From Aureliella sp. (lineage in GTDB: Bacteria > Planctomycetota > Planctomycetia > Pirellulales > Pirellulaceae), in contig OY829846.1 in the NCBI GenBank assembly GCA_963691875.1, forward strand, positions 960,001-1,024,000: DNA of 64,000 nucleotides, in the 5' to 3' direction. Numbering within the stretch: the first letter of the stretch is position 1; every line of letters begins with the position of its first letter. The translations under genes and the position numbers were made by a program. The notes below the pieces were generated by a model. The model ran no database searches, was not told the DNA's origin, and saw nothing but the letters and a program-made list of their open reading frames with translations. This document shows, one piece after another, positions 39,318 through 49,437 of the stretch.

Positions 39318-41516
39318 CTATTTCTCCAGCAGCCACCCCAGGTTGAGTTTCGAAACTTGCTCGAGAAAAGTTCCAGCGTGAGATGCTTCAAAGCACTGCT
39401 TTGCAATTGGATCGATGCTGGCTTCACCTGCAACTTGAATTGAACTGGTAGCATTCAAACCAAGTAAGACAGGCAAGTCGCCATAACGTACTGCACCAGG
39501 TAGAAACTGCGGATGCAGATAGTCCTTCAAACTTGCAAATCGAAAACCCTCGGTGTCCAAGGCAATTCGATGAATAAGATCACTCGCAACGACACCGGTC
39601 AACAACGCAACTGTTCCCGTACCGTTTGCTGCTCGAATAGACACACGCTGAGGTGCATGTTCGTCGTTCGTAACGTAGCTTAGCAGTGCCAGGCAGTCGT
39701 GGGTACGTTGCGCCAGGAGCGTATCGTTGTAGCAGAAGGAATAACTCGCGGCCTCTCTTGGATTCTTCACTTTCCGCTGACGTGATACTTTTTGGCCATT
39801 CCGCAGGAATTCGCCTTGCTGGAAAAGGTCGGGACTAATTACTGCTGCGCCGGAAAGCACCAAAGCCTCAACTTCAGCCGATAGACTTCCATTATCGTCG
39901 AACATAGAAGATTTCCCCTCGGCGTCGAGCCAGATGATCACGTCACCCGACCATTGGTTCGTCTTCGGATAAACAGACACGATTGGAAACTCTTCAGCCT
40001 CGTCCTCACTGCGAAGCCTATCGGTGAAAAGCCAATAGTTGGCCAGTTCATGCTTTTCGCCTTTAACGCGACTAACCTTACCAGCTGCTGGCAGTTTACG
40101 CCCGACAATCAAGCGAAAGGCTTCGCCGATCGTATCGTTGAACCTTTGAAACTCGGCCTTAGAGTTTGGCAGCAGGCTCTGCAGTTGGCGTTCCGCTTCT
40201 TCGGCTAAGTACTTCGTGAGAGACCGTTCGTAAGCTTCTCCTCCGCCGGGCTGCGGATGAGCGTCATTCCAAACTGCGGCTTCGGATTTGGTGAGCGGCA
40301 CAAAATCCTTTTCAACTATATCAATCAGGTCCAATCGCAAGTGCTTGTTGAACCAGCGATACATAGTTGCACGCGACTGGTAGTTGTAGTTGTGAGGAAA
40401 CTCGAGCAAAGGTCGGCAATAAACATTCTGCTCCTCCCCCAAAATGGAATACAACTCTTTCAAACTCGGATAGCCCCGAGTCATCATGTTACGCGTCCAG
40501 TCATCAGCGGCAGTCATCGCTTGCGGCTTTGGCGCAAACAACGCGGCCAATTCCACGTTGCCCGTACCAATCCGCAACAAGGAGCAATTCTCGCAAGTGC
40601 AGCCACCTTGCATTGACGTTGAGACCATTCCGTTGGGAAACGCAGCAATTGGTCGATCGTCAATCGCGCACAGCAGAATGGTTTGCGTTCCGCCACCGCT
40701 ACCACCTGTCACTGCAATTCGTGACGCATCGACATCAGGCAACAGTTCGAGGAAATCCAGACATCGAATCGAGTTCCAAGTTTGAACTCCCATGATACTT
40801 TGCAGGTTGGATTCCGCTTGGCAACTAAAGAATCCCCAGCTCTCACTATTCTCCATCTCAGGCCGTTGCGTCTTGAAGCGATGCGCTAAGTCGTAGGAGA
40901 TCTGTTGGCTGTCTTCGTAGCCGAGCATGTCGAAAATGAACACAACGCAGCCCATCCGAGCGAGTTGAACGCAGCGGGCCAGTTTTGGGAAGCGGCCTGA
41001 CTCAGCGAACTTCTCAGCACCCGATGCCAGCAGCTCCGGCATCTTGTCGGCACCGTAGTCTTGCATCCTACCGCCGTGTCCATGTGGACAAAGTACCGCA
41101 GGGCGTTTGCCGCTCTTACCATCGTCGGGACGGAACAGGAGTCCTGTAACAAAATGGTTTGGTACAGACTCGAAGTAGACCTTTTCTACCGTGAAGCCAT
41201 CGCGCTGCACGCGCCCGTGCACCACCGGCTTCATCGGAGTACGCCGGGGCAACTCCGGCCACAAACCAGTCGCAAGCAAGACTTGCTTGCGCAATCTCTC
41301 CTTCCTGGATTTCCAATGTGAGACGCTGTTTGGAACCTCGAAAGGAAAATAACCGTCCAGATCCATCATCGGCCCCAGCCGGCGATCTTTCGGCAGCTCG
41401 CCTTCTGCGTAGACTCGCATGTCCTGCGCGTGAGTCAAAGAGCCATTGACGACTAGAAGAACTAAAGGAAATAACAAGCGTCTGCAAAGCGATCGCGACA
41501 TCACGTATTCCTGCAT
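39318..41516 (-). CDS. Exported alpha/beta hydrolase (acetylxylan-esterase-like)
   Basis: VEKVYFES..VTGLLFRP, PAVLCPHGH, D.SRIAVTGGSGGGTQT nucleophile elbow, GGCTCEN, FPHNY. Confidence 0.85.
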   Translation of the reverse strand: MQEYVMSRSLCRRLLFPLVLLVVNGSLTHAQDMRVYAEGELPKDRRLGPMMDLDGYFPFEVPNSVSHWKSRKERLRKQVLLATGLWPELPRRTPMKPVVHGRVQRDGFTVEKVYFESVPNHFVTGLLFRPDDGKSGKRPAVLCPHGHGGRMQDYGADKMPELLASGAEKFAESGRFPKLARCVQLARMGCVVFIFDMLGYEDSQQISYDLAHRFKTQRPEMENSESWGFFSCQAESNLQSIMGVQTWNSIRCLDFLELLPDVDASRIAVTGGSGGGTQTILLCAIDDRPIAAFPNGMVSTSMQGGCTCENCSLLRIGTGNVELAALFAPKPQAMTAADDWTRNMMTRGYPSLKELYSILGEEQNVYCRPLLEFPHNYNYQSRATMYRWFNKHLRLDLIDIVEKDFVPLTKSEAAVWNDAHPQPGGGEAYERSLTKYLAEEAERQLQSLLPNSKAEFQRFNDTIGEAFRLIVGRKLPAAGKVSRVKGEKHELANYWLFTDRLRSEDEAEEFPIVSVYPKTNQWSGDVIIWLDAEGKSSMFDDNGSLSAEVEALVLSGAAVISPDLFQQGEFLRNGQKVSRQRKVKNPREAASYSFCYNDTLLAQRTHDCLALLSYVTNDEHAPQRVSIRAANGTGTVALLTGVVASDLIHRIALDTEGFRFASLKDYLHPQFLPGAVRYGDLPVLLGLNATSSIQVAGEASIDPIAKQCFEASHAGTFLEQVSKLNLGWLLEK

Positions 41517-41581
41517 CGGAGAGAACAGCAGTTATGGGAAGGTAGCAGGCGGCGAAAAGTCAGCCGCATTTCCGCCTCAGC

Positions 41582-42307
41582 TTACTTGATTGCAATCATG
41601 GATACAAAATTGAAGCAACGAAACCAGCAGGAAAATTGACGAAAGCCCCCTTTAAGAAGACGCTCGCGGTGTGTTTCAATTGTTTCAGGCAGCAAGGTTC
41701 TTTCGAGCGAGGAACGTTTTTGGGTTACTTCCAAAGCCGAGTAGCCGTTGGCCCTTTTGAATGCATGATGCAGATCAACCATCAAACTCTGCTCGCCCTC
41801 CGAGTCAAACTGCACTTTCTCAGAAAGTACCAAAGCTCCTCCCTCGCACAGCGAATCCGCAACGCGCGAAAGCAATTCCCCACGCTGCTCAATCGGAATG
41901 AATTGCAAAGTGAAATTCAAGACTGCAAAACAACACGGCTCAAACTCGACTGACATCACGTCCTGAAGATGCAAGTTGACCTTGGCGGCATCAGCCGGCC
42001 AGTCTGACATAATCTTCCTCAGTCGTTCGATCATCGCCTGGGAGGAATCAATTGCCTCGATCTCGCAACTGGGCGGAACCACTTCGGCCATCGGCAGCGT
42101 ACAGGCTCCCAGCGAACAACCGATATCGTAGATCCGCCCGCCCGGACGCGAATACTGTTGAGCGAGTTCTGTCGTCATGGAAACAATCGAACTGTAGCCA
42201 GGCACCGAACGCTGGATCATATCGGGGAAAACTTCAACGACTTTCTCGTCGAATACAAAGTTACCGACTTTTCCAAGTGGCATCGCGTAGATGCGATCAG
42301 AACTCAT
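41582..42307 (-). CDS. cmoA: Carboxy-S-adenosyl-L-methionine synthase
   Basis: F.FDEKVVEVFPDMIQRSVPGY, YDIGCSLGA, LNFTLQFI, LVLSEK, HHAFKRANGYS.LE..QKR..LE, WFRCFNF. Confidence 0.93.
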   Translation of the reverse strand: MSSDRIYAMPLGKVGNFVFDEKVVEVFPDMIQRSVPGYSSIVSMTTELAQQYSRPGGRIYDIGCSLGACTLPMAEVVPPSCEIEAIDSSQAMIERLRKIMSDWPADAAKVNLHLQDVMSVEFEPCCFAVLNFTLQFIPIEQRGELLSRVADSLCEGGALVLSEKVQFDSEGEQSLMVDLHHAFKRANGYSALEVTQKRSSLERTLLPETIETHRERLLKGGFRQFSCWFRCFNFVSMIAIK

Positions 42308-42480
42308 TCAAGGGCCTCAAGATTCAGGTAACTCTAATCCAATGCTGCAGTGATAACGTCGCTGGCAGTTTTTCGCAATCGCTGCCACCGAAGCTTGATT
42401 GTCCCGGACAACTCGAACAAAGAAGATGCGGTGTACGGTTTGGGCTGTGGTAACCCATTGCGTCGTACTGGAACGATTAA

Positions 42481-44436
42481 TCAGAACTTAAATCGCAGCT
42501 CGACTCGACTGCCGCGGATGTCTTCGGCGCCTCTTAAGAACCCGAACATATGGTCTGTGCGGAAGATCCAAGCATTGTTGATAGGTCTTTGATAACGTAT
42601 TCCAGCAGCATACTGGTCGCCCACAGCATTTCGAAACTGAGCGTTTCCGTTCGCTTTCAGCCCGGCGACCTCCAGCACTAGTTGATGGCTGAAGTTACAC
42701 CCCAACAGGTTGAGGCCAAGAGCACCGCCCACCGTGTTCACTCCAGTCGCGTCCAAGGTCGGGTAACCGGTCAATCCGTCCGATTCGAAGTTGATGCCAA
42801 CGTTGTTCAAGATGCCGCCAGTTACGCCATCGCGAGCCAAGGACTGGGTTCTTCCATGTCCGTACCAGAGATTGAAGTAGGGTACGAAGGTGTTTGGGGT
42901 TCTGGAGATCAGCGAGTTTTCGATCAGCAGCAGGGCTCCTTGAGCCGTCCGTTGGTCGCGAGGTAAAGCCTGATCGACGTTCGTGACGAAACGGATAGAG
43001 TTACTCAATCGATGCAAATACCGTCGCGTGAAGGCGATAGAAAAGTTGTGATAGCTCCGATGCTGACCGATGTCATCATGAATGAAGGCATAGTCAACTT
43101 CCCAGAAGCCGTCGTTGGCTTCGATGAACCAAGCCGTTCCGAAAAACTCCGCTGCGTTGTTGTCGCCAAGAAACGCATCGCTGTCGATTTGATCCGAAGC
43201 CCAAAAGAAGGTTGCATCGAAGTTTGACCAGTTAAGCAAACGATTGTGCTTTGAAGGCAATGCAACCGCTGCTCCCATCGCCGCGTCGTTTGCCCAAATC
43301 CCGTTCTGATAGAAAAACGGTATCAACCCGAACGAAAACGGAAGATCGAAAGGGCCATCCTGTCCCGTTAAACCGCCCCAGATCGATCCTGCGTCTCCTT
43401 CGAAGAACAGGGTGTCGAGCCGCAGGTCTCCGCCGTTGATGAACTCTGCCGAATCCGTGAAATCATAACGCGTGAAACTACCTCCGCGGTTCAAGGGAGT
43501 CACAAAGGCGTGTACTCGTTCCGTGGCAGTGATCTCCAAGTCCATGTCGATGTTAGCTCGAAATGCCAAGCTATTTGCATCGCCTTGCTGGTTGCGATTT
43601 ACGCCGACACCGGTTCTGTAATCGCCGTAGACCATGAAGTGTGGCATAACCAAATTGTATCGCCCTAACCAGTTGCGAGCCGGCGGGTAGGTTCCAGGGC
43701 CGAAGAGCGGTCGCCACCATTCGACCAGCGGACGCTGAGTGGAGACTGGAGTCTTACCACGATAGATCAACACTTCTTGGCTTGCATCGTAAGGAACCGG
43801 AGCCATGGGCGATGGGATAAATGCTCCGACGTCGTACGGAACCTGCTTTGCTAGCACGTCTATCTGAGGTCCAGCGATCTTTCCATCGCCGGTGATGTAA
43901 CTCGGCAAGCCGTCGTATTTCGGCGCCTTCATCGCCTGAGCCGCAGGTGTTGCAGTCCGGCCACGTGCCGCTCGCAACTGCGGCAGCGCCGATTCGACTG
44001 GAACGAGAAGATTTCCAGGTAGTGCCTGCAGCGGATCGAATGATTTGGGGCCGCCTGCTGGAGGAGCTGGTGCAGGTATATTCTTCTCTAGTTTCTGACT
44101 CGCTCCACCACCGAGGACAAGTCCACTCGACTCCTGCTGTTTGGGCAACTGCCCACCGAGCATGGCGTCAAGTAACTTTGGCGTTAGAGCTCCCGACGTG
44201 TCATCCTGAACGCCACTCGCACTCGCAAGCTCAACTGGAGGCGATAAGACTCTACCGAAACCAACTCCAGAATCCGGATGTTCAAAGATGTTTCTTGCTC
44301 GCAACTCAGGGACCGGAGGAAGGAGCGTAATCGGCTCGGAGCGCGGTAATTGCTGCGGGAACACACTCTCATACGAGCACACGCTAAGGGCGAGTCCTAA
44401 TGCAAGTTTTTGCAATAAGCTCAAAGAGTGCATCAA
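42481..44436 (-). CDS. Putative outer-membrane beta-barrel protein
   Basis: Signal peptide and Pro-rich N-terminal third, then many amphipathic aromatic strands. Ends RVELRFKF (beta-signal with terminal Phe). Confidence 0.7.
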   Translation of the reverse strand: MMHSLSLLQKLALGLALSVCSYESVFPQQLPRSEPITLLPPVPELRARNIFEHPDSGVGFGRVLSPPVELASASGVQDDTSGALTPKLLDAMLGGQLPKQQESSGLVLGGGASQKLEKNIPAPAPPAGGPKSFDPLQALPGNLLVPVESALPQLRAARGRTATPAAQAMKAPKYDGLPSYITGDGKIAGPQIDVLAKQVPYDVGAFIPSPMAPVPYDASQEVLIYRGKTPVSTQRPLVEWWRPLFGPGTYPPARNWLGRYNLVMPHFMVYGDYRTGVGVNRNQQGDANSLAFRANIDMDLEITATERVHAFVTPLNRGGSFTRYDFTDSAEFINGGDLRLDTLFFEGDAGSIWGGLTGQDGPFDLPFSFGLIPFFYQNGIWANDAAMGAAVALPSKHNRLLNWSNFDATFFWASDQIDSDAFLGDNNAAEFFGTAWFIEANDGFWEVDYAFIHDDIGQHRSYHNFSIAFTRRYLHRLSNSIRFVTNVDQALPRDQRTAQGALLLIENSLISRTPNTFVPYFNLWYGHGRTQSLARDGVTGGILNNVGINFESDGLTGYPTLDATGVNTVGGALGLNLLGCNFSHQLVLEVAGLKANGNAQFRNAVGDQYAAGIRYQRPINNAWIFRTDHMFGFLRGAEDIRGSRVELRFKF

Positions 44437-46469
44437 GGACTTGGGGCTCGCCTAGGGATCTGAAACTCGACAGCGTATTCGTGCAAGTCGATAGTCTGCT
44501 CTAGCATGCGACGCTCCATTTCCGGCGTCGCGTTGCAGAAACGCATGAAATAAATCGGTTCCATGCGTGAGCGAAGTCGCACGCTCAGCCGATATGTGCC
44601 GGAGCGTTGTAACAAGTAGCCAGGGATCTTGTACCGTGCTTTTTTTATTCCAAGAGGCGGAATGGATTTTTGCTCCATGCGAATAAACGGAGGGTGATTC
44701 ATCACCGTCGTTGGAATGTTGCCCGGCCGCAAAAACGGATTCTGGTCAATGTCCACATTGACTGGCAGGTACATCTCGCGATCCGTACCCTTGACTCCAG
44801 TCGTAATGAATTGTGATTGCAAATTGAATAGCTGCAGGTCCGGCTTGATGATTCCCTTGCGTACCTGAAGTGAGTGCTGATTGGCGAGGTCGCCATTTCC
44901 GTCCAGGTAGCCCGACTCCCATAGCCATTCATTGCTGGGGCCGCGCAGCACGACGTTCAGCCAAAGTTGCGGCTGGGCTCCGAGAGATCCACTGGGATTG
45001 TTGTGCCCTTCACTCATATTCTTGACGACGTACTGAAGCTTCAGATCCTTGCCTAGCGAAGGCTGCTTATCAAAAAAAGGGCCCTCGACCCGCGAGCCGG
45101 CCTCCATGACTTCAATGGAAGACGCTTTCTTAACCTCAAGCAACTTCATATTTTCGTCCAGGACTCTTCTTGCGTCGATTCGCTCATCGGCGGAGCTCCA
45201 TTCGGGCGGGAACTGTACGAGCAAGTGTCCCGATGCGACCGCTTTCTCAAACTCTTTCTTGCCCCAGCCGCTTCGCCAATCGTAGCTCAACCACTGATCG
45301 ACGGTCCAACGCAGGGCCTTCTCGTTGTGCGGAAATAGCCCGGGGTGAGCAATGGAGTTGCCAGGGCCGAAGAAAAGATGATTCGAGTGTTTGCGATAAT
45401 TGTTGACCGACAAACCATTCATCTCAGCCGCTGCGCCATAGGTGTACCCCTGCGGTTTGCCAGGGACTGCGCCCATGTGACAATCTTGGCAGCTAACACC
45501 TTTCTTGCAGGCAGGACTGGCACGGTACTGTGCCCAAACGACTTCGAGTGCGATTCCTGGATGCACGGCAACTTGATGGCACGACTGGCAGAATCCGCTC
45601 CTACCAAGTTGCTCGAACTTGTAGCCTTGCATGTGAATTTCTTGGCCAGGCTTCTTCGAATTCGGATCAAGTTTGACCTTGTATTTATCTTTCTCCGCAA
45701 TCGCTTTCGCCACGCCAGAACCTCCGACACCGCCGTAAACCGGTGCTTGCAAGGGTCCTGGCTCAATCCGCCGTTCTCCGTGCACGCGGCCGTAATTTTC
45801 CTTGACACGGTGGCAGGCCACGCAAGTCACACCTTCGCGATATACTTGGGGCGCATCAACAATGGAGGCGGCGCGATCGTAGTTCATTTGAGTTGCAACG
45901 GGAGCGTGACAACGACTGCAGAAGTCCCCAACGGTCCCGCGACTCAGGTCTGAAATCGCTTGCTCGAATTTCTGAAACATTGGTGAGATTGCAGAGTAGG
46001 CATGGGCGCTGACCCGCCACTCGTCATAGATCTTCTTATGGCACTTGGCGCATGTCATCGCTGAAGGATAAAGCGACTCTGCGAAGACCAGTGCATGCGG
46101 ATCTTGCCCTTCCGGTACTCCTCCGCGAGACGGAGCGGACAATCCGTGACCGGCACCAGGGATTCGGTTTGTAGTTAGAGCAACTGCGGGATTTACCGGC
46201 CGGTGGCCAGCAGTGGGAGAGAGTTCGGAAGCGACGCGGGCTCCAAGATTCTTGAATGCCTCAAAGTTGGGCCTCTGTGTGACCGTCGGAACGTCAGAGA
46301 AGCTACTGAGCGGCGGAAGCGAGCGGTAATCAATTTCCTGTGCGCACGCGATGGTCGACATCATTAGAAAGGCCACAGAAAATTTGCCACCTGTGGAACA
46401 GCTCGCTCGTTTGACTAAGTCAAAACTGAGGCGAGCGGCGAGCCATTGCATGCATTGCAGATAGTGCAC
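44433..46469 (-). CDS. Pentaheme c-type cytochrome (c554-like N-domain)
   Basis: Five CxxCH: CAKCH, CSRCH, CVACH, CQSCH, CQDCH. IYDEW..SAHA. C-terminal beta-rich domain with GHNNPSG. Stop overlaps the next start (ATGA). Confidence 0.88.
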   Translation of the reverse strand: MHYLQCMQWLAARLSFDLVKRASCSTGGKFSVAFLMMSTIACAQEIDYRSLPPLSSFSDVPTVTQRPNFEAFKNLGARVASELSPTAGHRPVNPAVALTTNRIPGAGHGLSAPSRGGVPEGQDPHALVFAESLYPSAMTCAKCHKKIYDEWRVSAHAYSAISPMFQKFEQAISDLSRGTVGDFCSRCHAPVATQMNYDRAASIVDAPQVYREGVTCVACHRVKENYGRVHGERRIEPGPLQAPVYGGVGGSGVAKAIAEKDKYKVKLDPNSKKPGQEIHMQGYKFEQLGRSGFCQSCHQVAVHPGIALEVVWAQYRASPACKKGVSCQDCHMGAVPGKPQGYTYGAAAEMNGLSVNNYRKHSNHLFFGPGNSIAHPGLFPHNEKALRWTVDQWLSYDWRSGWGKKEFEKAVASGHLLVQFPPEWSSADERIDARRVLDENMKLLEVKKASSIEVMEAGSRVEGPFFDKQPSLGKDLKLQYVVKNMSEGHNNPSGSLGAQPQLWLNVVLRGPSNEWLWESGYLDGNGDLANQHSLQVRKGIIKPDLQLFNLQSQFITTGVKGTDREMYLPVNVDIDQNPFLRPGNIPTTVMNHPPFIRMEQKSIPPLGIKKARYKIPGYLLQRSGTYRLSVRLRSRMEPIYFMRFCNATPEMERRMLEQTIDLHEYAVEFQIPRRAPSP

Positions 46470-46790
46470 AACATCCCCCTAAGTTACTGTGACCGCCACA
46501 CCTCCTCTTATCGGACCACTCCCGTATTCCAATCATTACAAGCGGAAAATTCCAACCGGTTTCGCGTGTGCAATCCGTAAGGTTTACCTGTCTTTCCGCC
46601 ATCTCTTTTGATTTCTCTGAACTAGACTTTCGCAGCCTCGCACCTATCTGCGGTGACGCAATTCGAATATCCGGAAGCGTTTTTTCGGAACAGCATCTGT
46701 AATGTTCGAAATCCCGTGACTGAGTGAGACAGAACCGTCCCCAAAACTGCTGGCGACGCTGCCCACTCCGAGAAGTTTGTGAGAGACACG

Positions 46791-47282
46791 ATGATGACAA
46801 GCGAAGAAGACCGTAAGGCGTACCGATGTGCCGTCGCACCAGAAAATGCGTCTGCCGAATTGCGGATTGGACGTCGCCGGCATCTTGCTGCAGTGTTGGA
46901 TACTTCTCGCGCAGGCTTCACAGTACGCATTGAGAACAAAGTATTGAAGAGCCTAAAAGACGGCGGGGAGTATGAGCTCCTTTTTGCCGGTGAGCACTGG
47001 CGAGTTAAGAAAGAGTCGCACTACGCGGGCGAAAACTGTATCAACGTCGGTTTCTCCCGCGTAGAAGACATCACAAAAGTAGAGACTCCGGGAAGCTGGC
47101 TGCCCTCTTTGTCGATCACTCAGCGCGTCAACTCCGATCCAACCTTGTTAATGTACTTGTTGATCGCCTTTATTTTCGCCTGCCTAGCCCTTCCTGGCAT
47201 GGGAGACAGCCTCGGGACTGCACCACGCATTCAAGCAGGGATCGGCGTGATTTGGCAGACCATCTGGGATATGGTCCAGTAG
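46791..47282 (+). CDS. PilZ-domain protein with C-terminal TM
   Basis: RKAYR (RxxxR) and DTSRAG (DxSxxG) c-di-GMP motifs. Hydrophobic LLMYLLIAFIFACLAL. Confidence 0.7.
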   Translation: MMTSEEDRKAYRCAVAPENASAELRIGRRRHLAAVLDTSRAGFTVRIENKVLKSLKDGGEYELLFAGEHWRVKKESHYAGENCINVGFSRVEDITKVETPGSWLPSLSITQRVNSDPTLLMYLLIAFIFACLALPGMGDSLGTAPRIQAGIGVIWQTIWDMVQ

Positions 47283-47433
47283 TCTCCAAAAGTGATCTGA
47301 GGCTGACTACAGATGCCTGAAACTGCGGTTGAGCTAAGCGGTACCTACCAAGTTTCGCTGCCAGAAGGTACGCTTTCGACTGAAATCTGACTGTCCGAGT
47401 TGACGGTCACCAGAACTCACGAAAGCGACAAGC

Positions 47434-47952
47434 ATGGCAATCGACCTCAAAGAACACATTCGAGATATCCCAGACTTTCCGAAGCCAGGGATTATTTTCA
47501 AAGATATCACACCCCTACTCGCCCATCCCGCTGCCTTTCGGGAAGCCATCAATCAGATTGCGGCACGCTATAGCGATCAAAAGATTGACGCAATCGTAGC
47601 GGTTGAATCTCGCGGATTCATTTTCGGCGCTCCGCTAGCCGACAAACTCGACGCCGCCTTCATTCCTGTCCGCAAGCCGGGCAAGCTGCCCTACGATACG
47701 ATCAGCTACTCCTACGAGCTTGAGTATGGAAAGGATACGCTTGAAATCCACAAAGATGCCTTGAAAGCAGGCGATCGCGTACTCATTGTCGACGACTTGC
47801 TGGCGACTGGCGGAACCATTGAAGCCACTCTAAAGTTGATCAGCGGCTTCGAAGTGGACGTCGTAGAGTGCGCATTCTGCATCAACCTCAGCTTCCTCGG
47901 TGGTGCGGAGAAGCTCAGACCACATTCCGTGTTTAGCTTGCTCGAGTACTAA
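47434..47952 (+). CDS. apt: Adenine phosphoribosyltransferase
   Basis: IRDIPDFPKPGIIFKDITPLL, ESRGF, RKPGKLP, YELEYG, VLIVDDLLATGGT. Confidence 0.98.
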   Translation: MAIDLKEHIRDIPDFPKPGIIFKDITPLLAHPAAFREAINQIAARYSDQKIDAIVAVESRGFIFGAPLADKLDAAFIPVRKPGKLPYDTISYSYELEYGKDTLEIHKDALKAGDRVLIVDDLLATGGTIEATLKLISGFEVDVVECAFCINLSFLGGAEKLRPHSVFSLLEY

Positions 47953-48048
47953 TTGGCCTCATGCCTTTCGTCGCACGTTACCGTGACAACAGTGCACTCG
48001 GTACGACGTACTTAAGCTTTCGCGTAAAGGTTTTGAATCACATAAGCC

Positions 48049-49437
48049 ATGGACGAGAATCCGAGCGAAAAAGTTCCCGAACAAGCTGAGTCGCCTCAAC
48101 CAGCACGATCACTTCACTCGGCGGAAGAGACTTTCGGCTTCCGAAGTGCATCGGAGAAAGTGAAGACCTTTCCGCAAACGCCTGGAGTCTATCTGATGAA
48201 GGATCATTCTGGCGTCGTTATCTACGTTGGCAAGGCAAAAAACCTGAGAAGCCGCGCCTCGAGCTATTTTCTCAAGGCCGCACAGGAAGAGCAACGAACG
48301 GCAAGCTGGGTCAAAGAAATCTGCGACATTGACTACATGGAGTGCGAGAGTGAGGTCGATGCTCTGCTGGCTGAAAGTCGTCTGATTAAGGACGTTCAGC
48401 CACGGCATAACAAGGAACAGAAGGACGATAAAAGTTTTCCATATCTGATGATCACCACGCGCGAGGATTTTCCTCGCGTGGAGCTTACGAGGACACCAAA
48501 ACAAACAGGCGCGAAACTTTACGGTCCATTTGCCAGTGCCGGCGCGTTACGAGGTGCGATCCAAGTCCTCCAGAGGATCTTTAAATTCCGGACCTGCAGT
48601 CTCGACATCGATGAAAACGATGACCGTTGGAGATGGTTTCGGCCGTGCCTGCTGGCATCGATCCAACAATGTACCGCTCCGTGCAATCTGCGAATCTCAA
48701 AAGAAGAGTATCGTCAAGACATTCGGCGACTACACACTTTTCTCGAAGGCGGAAAGAAGAAGCTGCTTAAGCAACTCAAGGAAGAGATGCAAATCGCCGC
48801 CAAAGAGCTTGCCTATGAGAAGGCGGCTCGACTGCGCGATGAAATCTCCATGCTCGAACGACTCGACGAACGCGGCGACTTAGACACGCATGTGCAACCC
48901 GAGGTTTTCTACATCGATCCCAAGAAGGGAATGACCGGGCTACAGAAGGTTTTGAAATTGCCTGCTCCGCCTCGTGTTATCGAAGGTGTGGATATAGCGC
49001 ACTTAGGCGGTAAGCAAACGGTGGCAAGTCTGGTGCAATTCATCGACGGCTTGCCATTCAAGCCGGGTTATCGTCGCTACAAGATCCAAGGCGTCGATGG
49101 TGTAGACGATTTTCGCAGTATCCATGAAGTCGTTTCGCGGCGTTTTCGAAAACTAAGCGAGTCGCAAGAGTCCTTTCCGGATCTACTTCTCATCGACGGT
49201 GGCAAAGGACAGCTAAGCGCGGCGATGGCCGCTTTCCGAGATCAAGATATCGACCCGCCAGCCGTGCTTTCCCTTGCAAAACAAGAGGAAGAAATTTTCT
49301 TGCCTGGCCAAACGGAATCTCTCAAGCTGAGCCGGCATGCATTCGCACTCCGCCTGCTGCAATACGTGCGAGACGAGGCCCACCGCTTCGCCCAGCACTA
49401 CCATCATATCCTTCGTGATAAAAGCCAGTACAAATAG
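48049..49437 (+). CDS. uvrC: Excinuclease ABC subunit C (short form)
   Basis: GIY-YIG (PGVYLM..IYVGKAKNLRSR), Cys cluster, UVR (YEKAARLRD), RNase H-like (GVDIAH, PDLLLIDGGKGQL, RDEAHRFA). No HhH tail. Confidence 0.93.
   Translation: MDENPSEKVPEQAESPQPARSLHSAEETFGFRSASEKVKTFPQTPGVYLMKDHSGVVIYVGKAKNLRSRASSYFLKAAQEEQRTASWVKEICDIDYMECESEVDALLAESRLIKDVQPRHNKEQKDDKSFPYLMITTREDFPRVELTRTPKQTGAKLYGPFASAGALRGAIQVLQRIFKFRTCSLDIDENDDRWRWFRPCLLASIQQCTAPCNLRISKEEYRQDIRRLHTFLEGGKKKLLKQLKEEMQIAAKELAYEKAARLRDEISMLERLDERGDLDTHVQPEVFYIDPKKGMTGLQKVLKLPAPPRVIEGVDIAHLGGKQTVASLVQFIDGLPFKPGYRRYKIQGVDGVDDFRSIHEVVSRRFRKLSESQESFPDLLLIDGGKGQLSAAMAAFRDQDIDPPAVLSLAKQEEEIFLPGQTESLKLSRHAFALRLLQYVRDEAHRFAQHYHHILRDKSQYK

Noticed and set aside
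42481..46469. Calling the pair mtrAB/pioAB or hydroxylamine oxidoreductase
   Set aside because: Only five CxxCH (not ten or eight), and the barrel appears smaller than MtrB.
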